Shown here: one piece after another, positions 55,806 to 64,000 of the stretch | Layout of the letters: every line of letters starts with the position of its first letter | Position numbering within the stretch: the stretch's first letter is position 1 | NCBI GenBank assembly: GCA_003671075.1 | Contig: QWPT01000009.1 | Location: 8,715-72,714, forward strand | From: Planctomycetota bacterium | Lineage (GTDB): Bacteria > Planctomycetota > Phycisphaerae > Phycisphaerales > SM1A02 | DNA: 64,000 bases | Direction of reading: 5' to 3' | Notes under the pieces: generated by a model | The model's input: the letters and a program-made list of their open reading frames with translations, nothing else | What the model was told of the DNA's origin: nothing | The model's database searches: none | Program-made: the position numbers and the translations under genes

Positions 55806-57041
55806 ATGGCTACCCAGCACTACCGATTCCAAGCTCGAAACGAACGCGGCGAACTCGTCGCCGGTGTCCTCCAGGCCGACAGCGTCGCGGGAGCAGCAGC
55901 GCTCCTTCGTGCGCGCGGCGACCATGTCGTTCAGCTCGTGCCCATGGTGGCTGCGGGCGAAGACTTCAGGGCGGTCCTCAAGAAGCTGAACTACGCTTCT
56001 GGCCCGTCACAGAAGGACATTCTCGACTTCACCACTCAGCTCGCGGTCATGATCCGCGCAGGCATCTCGATTCGCGCGGCACTTGAAGGAATCTCCGACC
56101 AGGTGCAGAACCAAAAGTTCCGCAAGATCCTGCTCCAGATCAAGACCGATGTCGAGAGCGGCAAGCAGTTTTCCGAAGCGATCGCGCGGCATCCAAAGCT
56201 GTTCGGTCCGCTGTATGTGAACATGGTGAAGGCGTCGGAAATGTCGGGTTCGTTCCCGCGCATGCTCGACCGCATCGCGACCTACCTGACGCAGGAGATC
56301 GAGACGCGCAAGATGGTCATTGGCGCATCGATCTATCCTGGCATCATCGCCGCGATGGCGATTTCAACAACGATCTTCCTGCTCACCTTTGTGCTGCCGC
56401 GCTTTGCCGGCGTGTTCAAGGGCAAGGAAGATGCGCTGCCAGGGCCAACAAAGTTTCTCATGGCGCTGTCGACCTTTATGGTCGAGTGGTGGTGGGTCCT
56501 CCTTGCCGTGGCGGTTGCTGCGATCGTCGGACTCATCGTGTTCATTCGCACCGAACTCGGTGGCAGCTGGTGGGATCGCTTCAAGATTTCCGCTCCGCTC
56601 ATCAAGCGCATGTTCCGCGCGCTGTACATCAGCCGTTCATTGCAGACCATGGGCGAGCTGCTCAACGCAGGCGTGCCCATGCTCGACACCATTGCCATTA
56701 CTGGCGATGTGTCGGGAAACCGCCATTACAAGCGTCTTTGGCGCTCGGTCTATGGCGCGGTCAAGCAGGGTAAGAAGGTGCAAACCCAGCTCTCGCGCAG
56801 TCCGCTGCTCCCCCGCTCGGTCATTCAGATGATCAGCGCCGGCGAGGAGTCGGGCAAGCTCGGCGAAGTGCTCGACGAGATCTCGGTCTTCTACGCCAAG
56901 GCGTTGAAGGACGCGATCAAGACGGTCACCAGCATGATCGAGCCGATCATGATCGTGGTGATGGGTTCGGTCGTTGGCTTCATCGCGATGGCCGTCATCC
57001 TGCCGATCTTCAAGATGTCCAGTTTGGTTTCGGGACGCTAG
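55806..57041 (+). CDS. second GspF/PilC-family platform protein
   Basis: 411 aa with two T2SSF repeats (LAVMIRAGISIRAAL..., MGELLNAGVPMLDTI...) and three TM segments. Paralogous to 35127-36338. Confidence 0.9.
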   Translation: MATQHYRFQARNERGELVAGVLQADSVAGAAALLRARGDHVVQLVPMVAAGEDFRAVLKKLNYASGPSQKDILDFTTQLAVMIRAGISIRAALEGISDQVQNQKFRKILLQIKTDVESGKQFSEAIARHPKLFGPLYVNMVKASEMSGSFPRMLDRIATYLTQEIETRKMVIGASIYPGIIAAMAISTTIFLLTFVLPRFAGVFKGKEDALPGPTKFLMALSTFMVEWWWVLLAVAVAAIVGLIVFIRTELGGSWWDRFKISAPLIKRMFRALYISRSLQTMGELLNAGVPMLDTIAITGDVSGNRHYKRLWRSVYGAVKQGKKVQTQLSRSPLLPRSVIQMISAGEESGKLGEVLDEISVFYAKALKDAIKTVTSMIEPIMIVVMGSVVGFIAMAVILPIFKMSSLVSGR

Positions 57042-57051
57042 GAGAAACAAC

Positions 57052-57618
57052 ATGCGCAAGGTTCAACACGCACGACAGGGCCGGATCAGCGCCAGCGCGC
57101 GCGGCTTCACCCTCATCGAAACGGCGTTGGCGACGATCATCATCGGCACCGGCGTGCTGGCAATCGTGTCGGCGCACCAAGCGTTCTTCAAGCAGAACGA
57201 ATGGTCGACCCATGCGAGCACCGGCCAGCGACTCGGCAACGAGATCCGCGAGCTCACGCTGCATTTGCCGCGACACGATCCAGTCACGGGCACCTCGTAC
57301 TGGGGGCCAGAGCCAACCGAATTTGATGTTGAGGACTTCGATGACCTCGATGACTTCGACGGCGAGGACGGAGACGGCGTCACTTTCTCGGCGGCGCTGG
57401 GCAACGGGCCGATCAGCGCGCTGGGTTATCCGATGACCGACATGGCGGGCTGGTCGCAGCGCGTGTTCGTGGAGAATGTCGATCCATTCGATCTCACCAC
57501 CATCGTCGCCGACTCACTGAGCGACATGGTCCGCGTTCGCGTCATCGTCGAATATCAGGGCGGGGCCGACGATGCTCCGCGCGAAATCACTCGGGTGACT
57601 TGGATCGCGCCGGGCTGA
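57052..57618 (+). CDS. pseudopilin/minor pilin with a prepilin-type N-terminus
   Basis: Leader SASARG|FTLIETALATIIIGTGVLAIVSA (Glu+5). An acidic patch EFDVEDFDDLDDFDGEDGDG is present. The RBS GGAG precedes the ATG. Confidence 0.75.
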   Translation: MRKVQHARQGRISASARGFTLIETALATIIIGTGVLAIVSAHQAFFKQNEWSTHASTGQRLGNEIRELTLHLPRHDPVTGTSYWGPEPTEFDVEDFDDLDDFDGEDGDGVTFSAALGNGPISALGYPMTDMAGWSQRVFVENVDPFDLTTIVADSLSDMVRVRVIVEYQGGADDAPREITRVTWIAPG

Positions 57619-57687
57619 ATGCGATAGTCGATGAACGAATCCTGATCGGCGAAGAATGACAGGCGAGGCAAAGGAGTGGAGTTGAAT

Positions 57688-60090
57688 ATGCTTTCTCACA
57701 CCATGAACCACACGCAGCGAACGACGCGGCGAAACACGCCGCGCCGAGGTGTCGCCAGCGTTCTCGCAATGTTGTTTCTTGTGATTTTCGGCGCGTTGGC
57801 CGCGGCAATGGCGATCGTCGCCCAGGGCAACCTGCGCACCGCCGACAGTTCACTCAAGGTTTCTCGCGCACAGAGCGCCGCCGAGAGCGGACTCGTTTTT
57901 GCGCAGCGCCGACTTGTCAGCGAATCGCGCCGCTTCATCATCGCCAAGGGCGTTGTTGACGCGGGCTTCGCCGAGCGGCTATGGACGGGTAGTTGGAGCG
58001 GTGGCGACGGAGCGGTGCAGATCGCCCCCGCCATCGGATACAACGGACCCGCATCGCCCGACGGCCTTTCTGCCGCGATCCGCGATGCCCACCTTGCCGA
58101 CAGCAGTGCGTTCGCGCCCAACGCCGAGCATCAAGGCCTGCCGGAAATCCTGCAGGACGGAACGGTGGTGACCGAGCCGCTGCGCCTTGAAGCCGGCAAC
58201 GACCGCCTCTGGTTCCAGCTCATCTACGAACTCGTGCCCGGCACGCCCAACATCCGCGTGACTTGCCTCGGCACCGACGGCGACATCCGCCGCACGCTGT
58301 CGATGCAATTCGAACTCGGCAAGAAGATCGAGTACGCCGTCATTTCGCCCAACCGAATCATGGTTGGAAAGAATGTGCTCATCGAGGGTCCGATCGGGAC
58401 GCGCTACGGAACCAACACTGGCGAGCTCACCTCAGAGAACGGCGACCCCTTGGTCATGCGTTCGGACTTCCGCTACCTGTCGAACTCGCTGACGACCAAA
58501 ATCAACAATCTCGCGCAGGCGGTGGCGGTTCATGACATCGACGGCGACGGTCGCCTGCGCCCATCGCATCCCAGTGAGGGCCAGGGGCTCGTTGGTGTGG
58601 GAGTGAGCGACATCGACGGCGATCAATATGTCGATGACTTCGACTGCTTCCTCTCCGAGTACGACACCAACGGCGACGCCCTGGTCGTCTGGGACACCTC
58701 GCGCGCTGCGGCCGCAGGCATTCCCACGAGCTCGCCGGAATTCGCCGGCATCGACGATCAGCTTGCGCGCCTCATCGACCTCTCCAAGCCCGATCGCAAC
58801 GAAGACGGCGTCGTCGACTCGCGCGACACCCGACTTGGCTACTCCGACGGCGTGCTGAATGTGTACGACAACTACGCGAAGGTGAGCGGACGCCTTGTGT
58901 TTGGCGTGCAACAAGCGGCTTGGGAAGCTGTTGCGGCGGAGGATTGGCGCGCCATCGCCCAGGGTCCGGTCCGTGCCGACATCAACGAGACTCCCGTGCA
59001 GTTCGGCGCAACCCCCGATGAGTTGCGCGTGGTGACGACCGCCGACTTTGCCGATAGCGCGTCGTGGTTCTCCACCAATGTTCAGAACAATTTCGCGACG
59101 CAGGTGACTTCCGGCATGAGCGGTGGCGGCCTGTACACGCCCGTCGCAACGGCACCTTATGAAGCGGTGCCCTACGGCTCGAGCTCGGCGTACGACTACT
59201 ACCGTCGCCCGATCTATCAGAACATGACTTTCCGCGATGTGCGCATTCCCAAGGGCACCAACGCGCTCTTCAAGAACTGCCGCTTCGAGGGAACCGTGTA
59301 TCTCGAGACCGAGACTGGATGCACCGATCCCAACTGGAACTACACCGGCGCGCTCAAGGCGATTCCGCTTGGAAACGGCTCGATTCAGTATGACCTGCGT
59401 TTCCCGGGAATCACTTCGGTCCTCGCGGGTCAAACGCTGACTGACACGCGCACCATCTCCAACTCGACGCGCTTCGACGGCTGCACCTTTCTTGGGTCGA
59501 TCGCTGGCGATACTCCGGGCGAGTACACCCACTGGCGCAACAAGATCCAGTTGACGGGCGCAACGCGCTTCTACTCCGACCCTGAGGACACCGAACTCGC
59601 GCTCCAGCCCGACGGCGCCGCGCTGCGCAGCGCGCTGTTGGCGATGGGCACCGACAAGCTTGATCGACTGCAGCGCAGCTCGATCATGATGCCGGGCTGG
59701 TCGGTCGATGTCGGCAACTTCTCCAATCAAGTCGCGGCCAATCCCGACCTCACCGCGCGTGTAAAGCTCAAGGGCACCATCATCGCAGGAGTCATGGATA
59801 TCCGCGGAACTGCTGATGTTCTGGGCACCATGCTCATGACTTTCCGTCCGGTTCCTGGCGTTGGTCCGCTCTACTACAACGGACAGCCCGAGGCATTCAA
59901 CACCACGCTCGGCTACTTCGGCACGCTCGATGGCGACGGCGAAGGATCGCTGCCAGGCGGAACGGGATTTACCGGCTTTGGCGAAATTCGCCTGCGCTAC
60001 GACCCAAACGCCAAGCTTCCTGACGGCATTCTCTGGCCGGCTTCCGTTGAGGCGGTTGCCGACAGTTACCGCGAGGGAGGTCGCTCGTGA
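57688..60090 (+). CDS. large PilX_N-like membrane-anchored protein with Ca-binding-type loops and beta-helix-like repeats
   Basis: The N-terminus RRGVASVLAMLFLVIFGALAAAMAIVAQGNL...SRAQSAAESGL resembles the PilX/GspK-type non-cleaved anchor. Four DxDxDG-like loops follow (DIDGDGRL, DIDGDQYVDDFD, DTNGDALV, DRNEDGVVDSRD). Segments such as NALFKNCRFEGTVYL and STRFDGCTFLGSI suggest a parallel beta-helix. The start is 57676 (GTG) or 57688 (ATG). Confidence 0.6.
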   Translation: MLSHTMNHTQRTTRRNTPRRGVASVLAMLFLVIFGALAAAMAIVAQGNLRTADSSLKVSRAQSAAESGLVFAQRRLVSESRRFIIAKGVVDAGFAERLWTGSWSGGDGAVQIAPAIGYNGPASPDGLSAAIRDAHLADSSAFAPNAEHQGLPEILQDGTVVTEPLRLEAGNDRLWFQLIYELVPGTPNIRVTCLGTDGDIRRTLSMQFELGKKIEYAVISPNRIMVGKNVLIEGPIGTRYGTNTGELTSENGDPLVMRSDFRYLSNSLTTKINNLAQAVAVHDIDGDGRLRPSHPSEGQGLVGVGVSDIDGDQYVDDFDCFLSEYDTNGDALVVWDTSRAAAAGIPTSSPEFAGIDDQLARLIDLSKPDRNEDGVVDSRDTRLGYSDGVLNVYDNYAKVSGRLVFGVQQAAWEAVAAEDWRAIAQGPVRADINETPVQFGATPDELRVVTTADFADSASWFSTNVQNNFATQVTSGMSGGGLYTPVATAPYEAVPYGSSSAYDYYRRPIYQNMTFRDVRIPKGTNALFKNCRFEGTVYLETETGCTDPNWNYTGALKAIPLGNGSIQYDLRFPGITSVLAGQTLTDTRTISNSTRFDGCTFLGSIAGDTPGEYTHWRNKIQLTGATRFYSDPEDTELALQPDGAALRSALLAMGTDKLDRLQRSSIMMPGWSVDVGNFSNQVAANPDLTARVKLKGTIIAGVMDIRGTADVLGTMLMTFRPVPGVGPLYYNGQPEAFNTTLGYFGTLDGDGEGSLPGGTGFTGFGEIRLRYDPNAKLPDGILWPASVEAVADSYREGGRS

Positions 60091-60680
60091 AGCAGATACG
60101 GACAACCAACATGAATCGAACCCGCACACATCGCCGCGGCTTCTCGCTCATCGAAATGCTGGTGGCGCTGGGCATCTGCTCCACGCTGCTGACGGCGACC
60201 TTGGTGTCGCTCGACGCGAGTTTCCGCGCCTATCAGTCGACGACCGAACAGGCTTCGACCCACATCATCGGTCGCGTGGTGATGCACCGCGTCATGGCGC
60301 TGGTTCGCAACGGCGTCGGCTTCGGGCCGCTGCCCACCGATCCGCGCGAGAACTCCGTCGCCACCGACGAGATGACCTTTCTCGACGACACCGACCGCGA
60401 GATCACGCTCCGCCTCGATCGCCACAACTCGATCCTCTTCATGCAGATCGATTCCACCGCTGAGCAGGTGCTCCTCGAGGGAGTGCGCGGCCCGGTGGAC
60501 ACCGATGGCGCGGCGCTGGGCGCGTTTCAGTTGCAGTATCAGAACGGATCAAAGCTGATGCGCGCGAGTTTCGACCTCACCGTTGCCGCCGACGACAACG
60601 CGCAGTTGTCGATCGAAGGAAACACGGTCGTGCCGATTCGCCTGATTGGCTCGACCGCACCGCGCCGCATCATTTGGTGA
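60087..60680 (+). CDS. pseudopilin/minor pilin with a prepilin-type N-terminus
   Basis: Leader THRRG|FSLIEMLVALGICSTLLTATLV. The GTG at 60087 follows GGGAGG and overlaps the upstream stop. Confidence 0.7.
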   Translation: MKQIRTTNMNRTRTHRRGFSLIEMLVALGICSTLLTATLVSLDASFRAYQSTTEQASTHIIGRVVMHRVMALVRNGVGFGPLPTDPRENSVATDEMTFLDDTDREITLRLDRHNSILFMQIDSTAEQVLLEGVRGPVDTDGAALGAFQLQYQNGSKLMRASFDLTVAADDNAQLSIEGNTVVPIRLIGSTAPRRIIW

Positions 60681-60701
60681 GTTCGCAAGTCGAACTGGCC
60701 G

Positions 60702-62876
60702 TCAACTTTCGAAGCGTTCGGCGCGCGCGCGCGCATGGCGCTCGTGGGCAAGACGCATGAGTCGCTGATGGGTGCCCTGCATCTCAGGATTCTCCGCATG
60801 GCCTGAAGCCTGCGGCGGCGCATGACAAAGCGCGTAACTTCCGTCGGACATCATCTCCCATCGCTGGCGAAGATCGGTCAGATGGAACTGCAGCACTTCC
60901 CACAGGCGCTCGCGATGGCGGCGTGCCTCGATGGGCGCGGCGCACTCGACGCGGGTGTTGAGGTTGCGGTACATCCAGTCGGCGCTTCCGATGTAGAAAT
61001 CGCCGTCGAGTGGATCGGCCTGGCCGTTGCCGAACCAGAAAATGCGACTGTGCTCAAGAAAGCGACCGATGGTCGAGCTCACGCGAATGTTCTCGCTAAG
61101 GCCAGACACGCCCGGACGAATACAGCAGAATCCTCGCACAATCAGGTCGATTTCAACTCCGGCCATCGACGCGTTGTAGAGCGCGTCCGTCACGCTGCGA
61201 TCCTCGAGTTGGTTCATCTTGACGATGATTCGACCGGGTTTGCCCGCGCGGGAGATCTCGGCCTCGCGATCGATGAACTCGATGAAACGGCGCTTCATGG
61301 CAACGGGCGCAACGAGCAACTTCTGATACTCGGTCTGGCGGCTGCGGCCGGTCATGTAGTTGAAGAGGCCGATGAGGTCCTCAGTAATCGCTGCATCGCA
61401 AGTGAGAAGTCCGATGTCTTCGTAGAGCCGCGCGGTTTTGGAGTTGTAGTTTCCGGTGCCGATGTGGGCGTAGGAACGGATGCCGCCCTGCTCCTGGCGA
61501 ACAACGAGCGCGACCTTGGTGTGGGTCTTGTAGCCAACAACGCCGTACGCGACATGCACGCCGGCGTCCTCGAGTTTGCGCGCCCAGAGGATGTTGCGCG
61601 CTTCGTCGAAACGCGCGCGCAACTCGACGAGCACCGCCACCTGCTTGCCGCTTTCGGCCGCGCGAATGAGCGACGGAATGAACGGCGAATCGCCGCTGGT
61701 GCGGTAAAGCGCCTGCTTAATCGCAAGGACCTTCGGGTCGGCGGCGGCGGCTTCGATGAAGCGCTCGACCGAGTGATCGAAGCTCTCGTAGGGATGATGA
61801 ACGACGATGTCGCCCTCGCGGATCAGCGCGAAGATGTCGGAGTTGTCGTCCTCAAGACCAAACGGCGCCACCGGCGTCCACTTCGGCCAGCGCATTTCTG
61901 GAACATCGAGATCGGCGATCTCGTTGACGGCGCCCCAGTCGAGCGTGCCATCGGTTTCGTAGAGGTCGTCTTCGCCGAGTTGCAGTTCCTCTTCGAGAAA
62001 ACGCATGATGCGATCGTTGGGCCGCGCACCGACCTCGAGCCGCACCACGCGGGCAAAGCGCCGCTCGCGCAACTGCTGCTGAATCTGCTCGAGCAAGTCC
62101 TCGGCGTCCTCGTTGTCACGCTCGGTTTCGGCGTTGCGGGTGACGCGGAAAGGCAGAACCTCGAGAATTTCCATGCCAGGAAACAAGTCGTCGAGGTTGT
62201 TGGCGATGATGTCCTGCAACGAGATGAAGCGGCGGGTCGAGCCGAAACGGAAGAGCTTTCCGCCGAGCTCGGGCACTTTCACGCGCGCGAAGAGCGCTTC
62301 GCTCTCACCAGGTCGGCGCAGCAACACTCCCAGCGACACCGACATGTTGGAGATGAAGGGAAAGCGGTGCCCAGGATCAACGGCAAGCGGCGTGAGAATC
62401 GGAAAGATGTTGCGGCGATACCAGCGTTCAGCATCGACGCGCTCGGCGTCGGAGAGTTCGTGCCAGCGCAGAAGGTCGATCGATTCGCGCTTGAGCTGAG
62501 GCAGCAGCAACTCGCGAAAGGTGCGGGTGGCGAGCGCGGTTTGTTGAAGCACGCGCTCGCGGATCAGAACAAGTTGCTCCTGCGGCGAGAGCGGTTCCCA
62601 CGGCGGGCTTCCAACGCCAGCGTCAATCTGCCGACGCAATCCGCCGACGCGCTTCATAAAAAACTCGTCGAGGTTTGAGCCGAAGATGGCGAGAAAGCGC
62701 ACGCGTTCGAGCAACGGATTGCGCGAGTCGAGCGCCTGCGCGAGAACGCGATTGTTGAACTCGAGCCACTGCAAGTCGCGGTTGAGAAAGCGCGCGGGAT
62801 CGTCTGGTCCGACGGGAACGATTTCGTTGGGCGAGGTCGGGCGCTTCTCGTTCATAGGTCGGGTCAGTTCGCTCAT
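60702..62876 (-). CDS. ppk1: polyphosphate kinase 1
   Basis: 724 aa. FLNRDLQWLEFNNRVL, the phospho-His region (YKTHTKVALVVR) and two PLD-like C-domains (RFLEHSRIF) match PPK1. Confidence 0.95.
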   Translation of the reverse strand: MSELTRPMNEKRPTSPNEIVPVGPDDPARFLNRDLQWLEFNNRVLAQALDSRNPLLERVRFLAIFGSNLDEFFMKRVGGLRRQIDAGVGSPPWEPLSPQEQLVLIRERVLQQTALATRTFRELLLPQLKRESIDLLRWHELSDAERVDAERWYRRNIFPILTPLAVDPGHRFPFISNMSVSLGVLLRRPGESEALFARVKVPELGGKLFRFGSTRRFISLQDIIANNLDDLFPGMEILEVLPFRVTRNAETERDNEDAEDLLEQIQQQLRERRFARVVRLEVGARPNDRIMRFLEEELQLGEDDLYETDGTLDWGAVNEIADLDVPEMRWPKWTPVAPFGLEDDNSDIFALIREGDIVVHHPYESFDHSVERFIEAAAADPKVLAIKQALYRTSGDSPFIPSLIRAAESGKQVAVLVELRARFDEARNILWARKLEDAGVHVAYGVVGYKTHTKVALVVRQEQGGIRSYAHIGTGNYNSKTARLYEDIGLLTCDAAITEDLIGLFNYMTGRSRQTEYQKLLVAPVAMKRRFIEFIDREAEISRAGKPGRIIVKMNQLEDRSVTDALYNASMAGVEIDLIVRGFCCIRPGVSGLSENIRVSSTIGRFLEHSRIFWFGNGQADPLDGDFYIGSADWMYRNLNTRVECAAPIEARRHRERLWEVLQFHLTDLRQRWEMMSDGSYALCHAPPQASGHAENPEMQGTHQRLMRLAHERHARARAERFES

Positions 62877-63292
62877 GGTTGTTGCCTTTGGGCGCGCGCA
62901 AGCCGCACGACTGCGGTGCAGCGCGGCGCTTCAGTCACGCGCACCCATTCAAGGTGGACGGTCGGTGTGGTGCGGATCAACGCGGCGGCCAGTTCGGCGC
63001 CGATGTAACGCGCCACGGCTTCGGCCGTCGGATTGACGCGGTCGAACGGCGCGGTTTCATTGAGGTTGCCATCGCGAAACGGTGCAACGATCGCGCCGAG
63101 CATGCGCTCGATGGCGTGAAAGTCACAGAGAAGTTCCTCGCCATCGAGGCGGTCGCCCGCAACCGAAACGACGACCCGCCAATTGTGCCCGTGCAGACGC
63201 TCGCGCTCGCCCATCAAGACGATCGCATGCGCGGCGGCGAATTCAACTTCGACCTCAAGGGAAAATGGGGCTGGATCTGGAGCGGATGACAT
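62873..63292 (-). CDS. queD: 6-carboxy-5,6,7,8-tetrahydropterin synthase (QueD / PTPS family)
   Basis: FAAAHAI...LHGHNWRVVVSV...DFHAIE matches the PTPS/QueD zinc-binding His pattern. The stop overlaps the ppk1 start (ATGA). Confidence 0.85.
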   Translation of the reverse strand: MSSAPDPAPFSLEVEVEFAAAHAIVLMGERERLHGHNWRVVVSVAGDRLDGEELLCDFHAIERMLGAIVAPFRDGNLNETAPFDRVNPTAEAVARYIGAELAAALIRTTPTVHLEWVRVTEAPRCTAVVRLARAQRQQP

Positions 63293-63364
63293 TGGGTCGG
63301 GCGAGTGTATCGAGGAGAACCCCCAATCTCAGGCACCGTTTCCCGCCGTACACTCGCGACCCTC

Positions 63365-64000
63365 ATGTCCGCCCCTGCTTCCGACATCGTCCCTCTCATG
63401 CTCTCCGTTTCCGGCGCCCGCGGCATCGTGGGTCGCACGATGACTCCAGTGGTTGCTGCGACCTTTGCGGGCGCGTTTGGCTCGCACATTTGCACGGTGG
63501 TGCGCGGTCGGCGACCAAGGCTCATCGTCGCGCGCGACGGGCGCTACGGCGGCGAAGCGCTGGCGCGGGCCGTGCAAGGTGCGCTCGCGTCGGTTGGCTG
63601 CGATGTGATCGACATCGGCGTGGCGATGACTCCCACGGTGGGCCTGATGATCACGGCCCTCGGCTGCGACGGCGGCATGACGGTGACCGCCAGCCACAAC
63701 CCCATCGAGTGGAACGGCCTCAAATGCCTCGACGGCGACGGCCTCGCGCCGCCGCCGCCAGTGGCGGAGACGATCATCGCCCGCTTCAAGGCCGCAAACA
63801 TTTCGTTCGTTCAACCGCTGGAAATCGGCTCGATCACCACCGACGCAAGCGCGGCCAAACGCCATGTGCAGCGCGTGCTCGAAGCGACGGGCGCGGCGGA
63901 TCGCATTCGGGCCGGCAAACTTCATGTGGTTCTCGACAGCGTCAACGCTTCCGGCTGCGAGGGCGGGCGCATGATGCTCGAGGCGCTCGGCTGCAAAGTC
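63365..64000 (+). CDS. phosphohexomutase (phosphoglucosamine/phosphomanno/phosphoglucomutase family), 5' partial at window end
   Basis: Manual translation from the ATG at 63365 gives MSAPASDIVPLMLSVSGARGIVGRTM...GGMTVTASHNPIEWNGLKCL, containing the active-site Ser loop TASHNP. The ORF is open to the window edge, so it is absent from the ORF track. Confidence 0.85.
   Translation, partial: MSAPASDIVPLMLSVSGARGIVGRTMTPVVAATFAGAFGSHICTVVRGRRPRLIVARDGRYGGEALARAVQGALASVGCDVIDIGVAMTPTVGLMITALGCDGGMTVTASHNPIEWNGLKCLDGDGLAPPPPVAETIIARFKAANISFVQPLEIGSITTDASAAKRHVQRVLEATGAADRIRAGKLHVVLDSVNASGCEGGRMMLEALGCKV

Noticed and set aside
58432-62678. 565-aa minus ORF (58432-60129) and 618-aa plus ORF (60822-62678)
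   Set aside because: They are antisense to the PilX-like gene and to ppk1 respectively. ppk1 identity is unambiguous, and both alternatives lack motifs.

Overview
GC-rich bacterial chromosomal window (didermic; lpxK, DUF1559/H-X9-DG prepilin-like proteins and a PEP-CTERM-like protein suggest Planctomycetota or a relative, by inference only). It is densely coding, with about 55 CDS. I saw no rRNA, tRNA, CRISPR array, transposase or integrase. Housekeeping genes: dnaB, HU/IHF, lpxK, maf, rdgB, rpsO-pnp, csp, ndk, ppk1, queD, an acyl-CoA carboxyltransferase, two sigma factors, a Ser/Thr kinase and a histidine kinase. Notable content: (1) a complete archaeal/plant-type topoisomerase VI operon (top6B-top6A). 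(2) An 11-gene, translationally coupled T2SS/T4P-hybrid operon (gspE-F-G-H-I-J-K, a PilM/N-GspL-like fusion, GspM/PilO-like, PilP/GspC-like, secretin) whose periplasmic parts carry Gly/Arg/Gln-rich low-complexity inserts. (3) A second locus about 7 kb downstream with pilT, a second GspF/PilC platform, two pseudopilins and an 804-aa PilX-like protein. (4) Between the two loci, a beta-propeller lipoprotein, a 144-aa protein with a ~100-residue pure D/E tail, a ~1500-aa double-propeller/TPR-like secreted protein and an LEA_2-like lipoprotein. (5) An NfeD-NfeD-FloA-GT2-flippase-like-YkgJ operon. (6) Many unrelated 9-24-nt tandem repeats (3-5 copies): those inside ORFs all have periods divisible by 3, while those between genes have periods of 11-14 or 18. 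The long antisense ORFs in the track are treated as GC artefacts.
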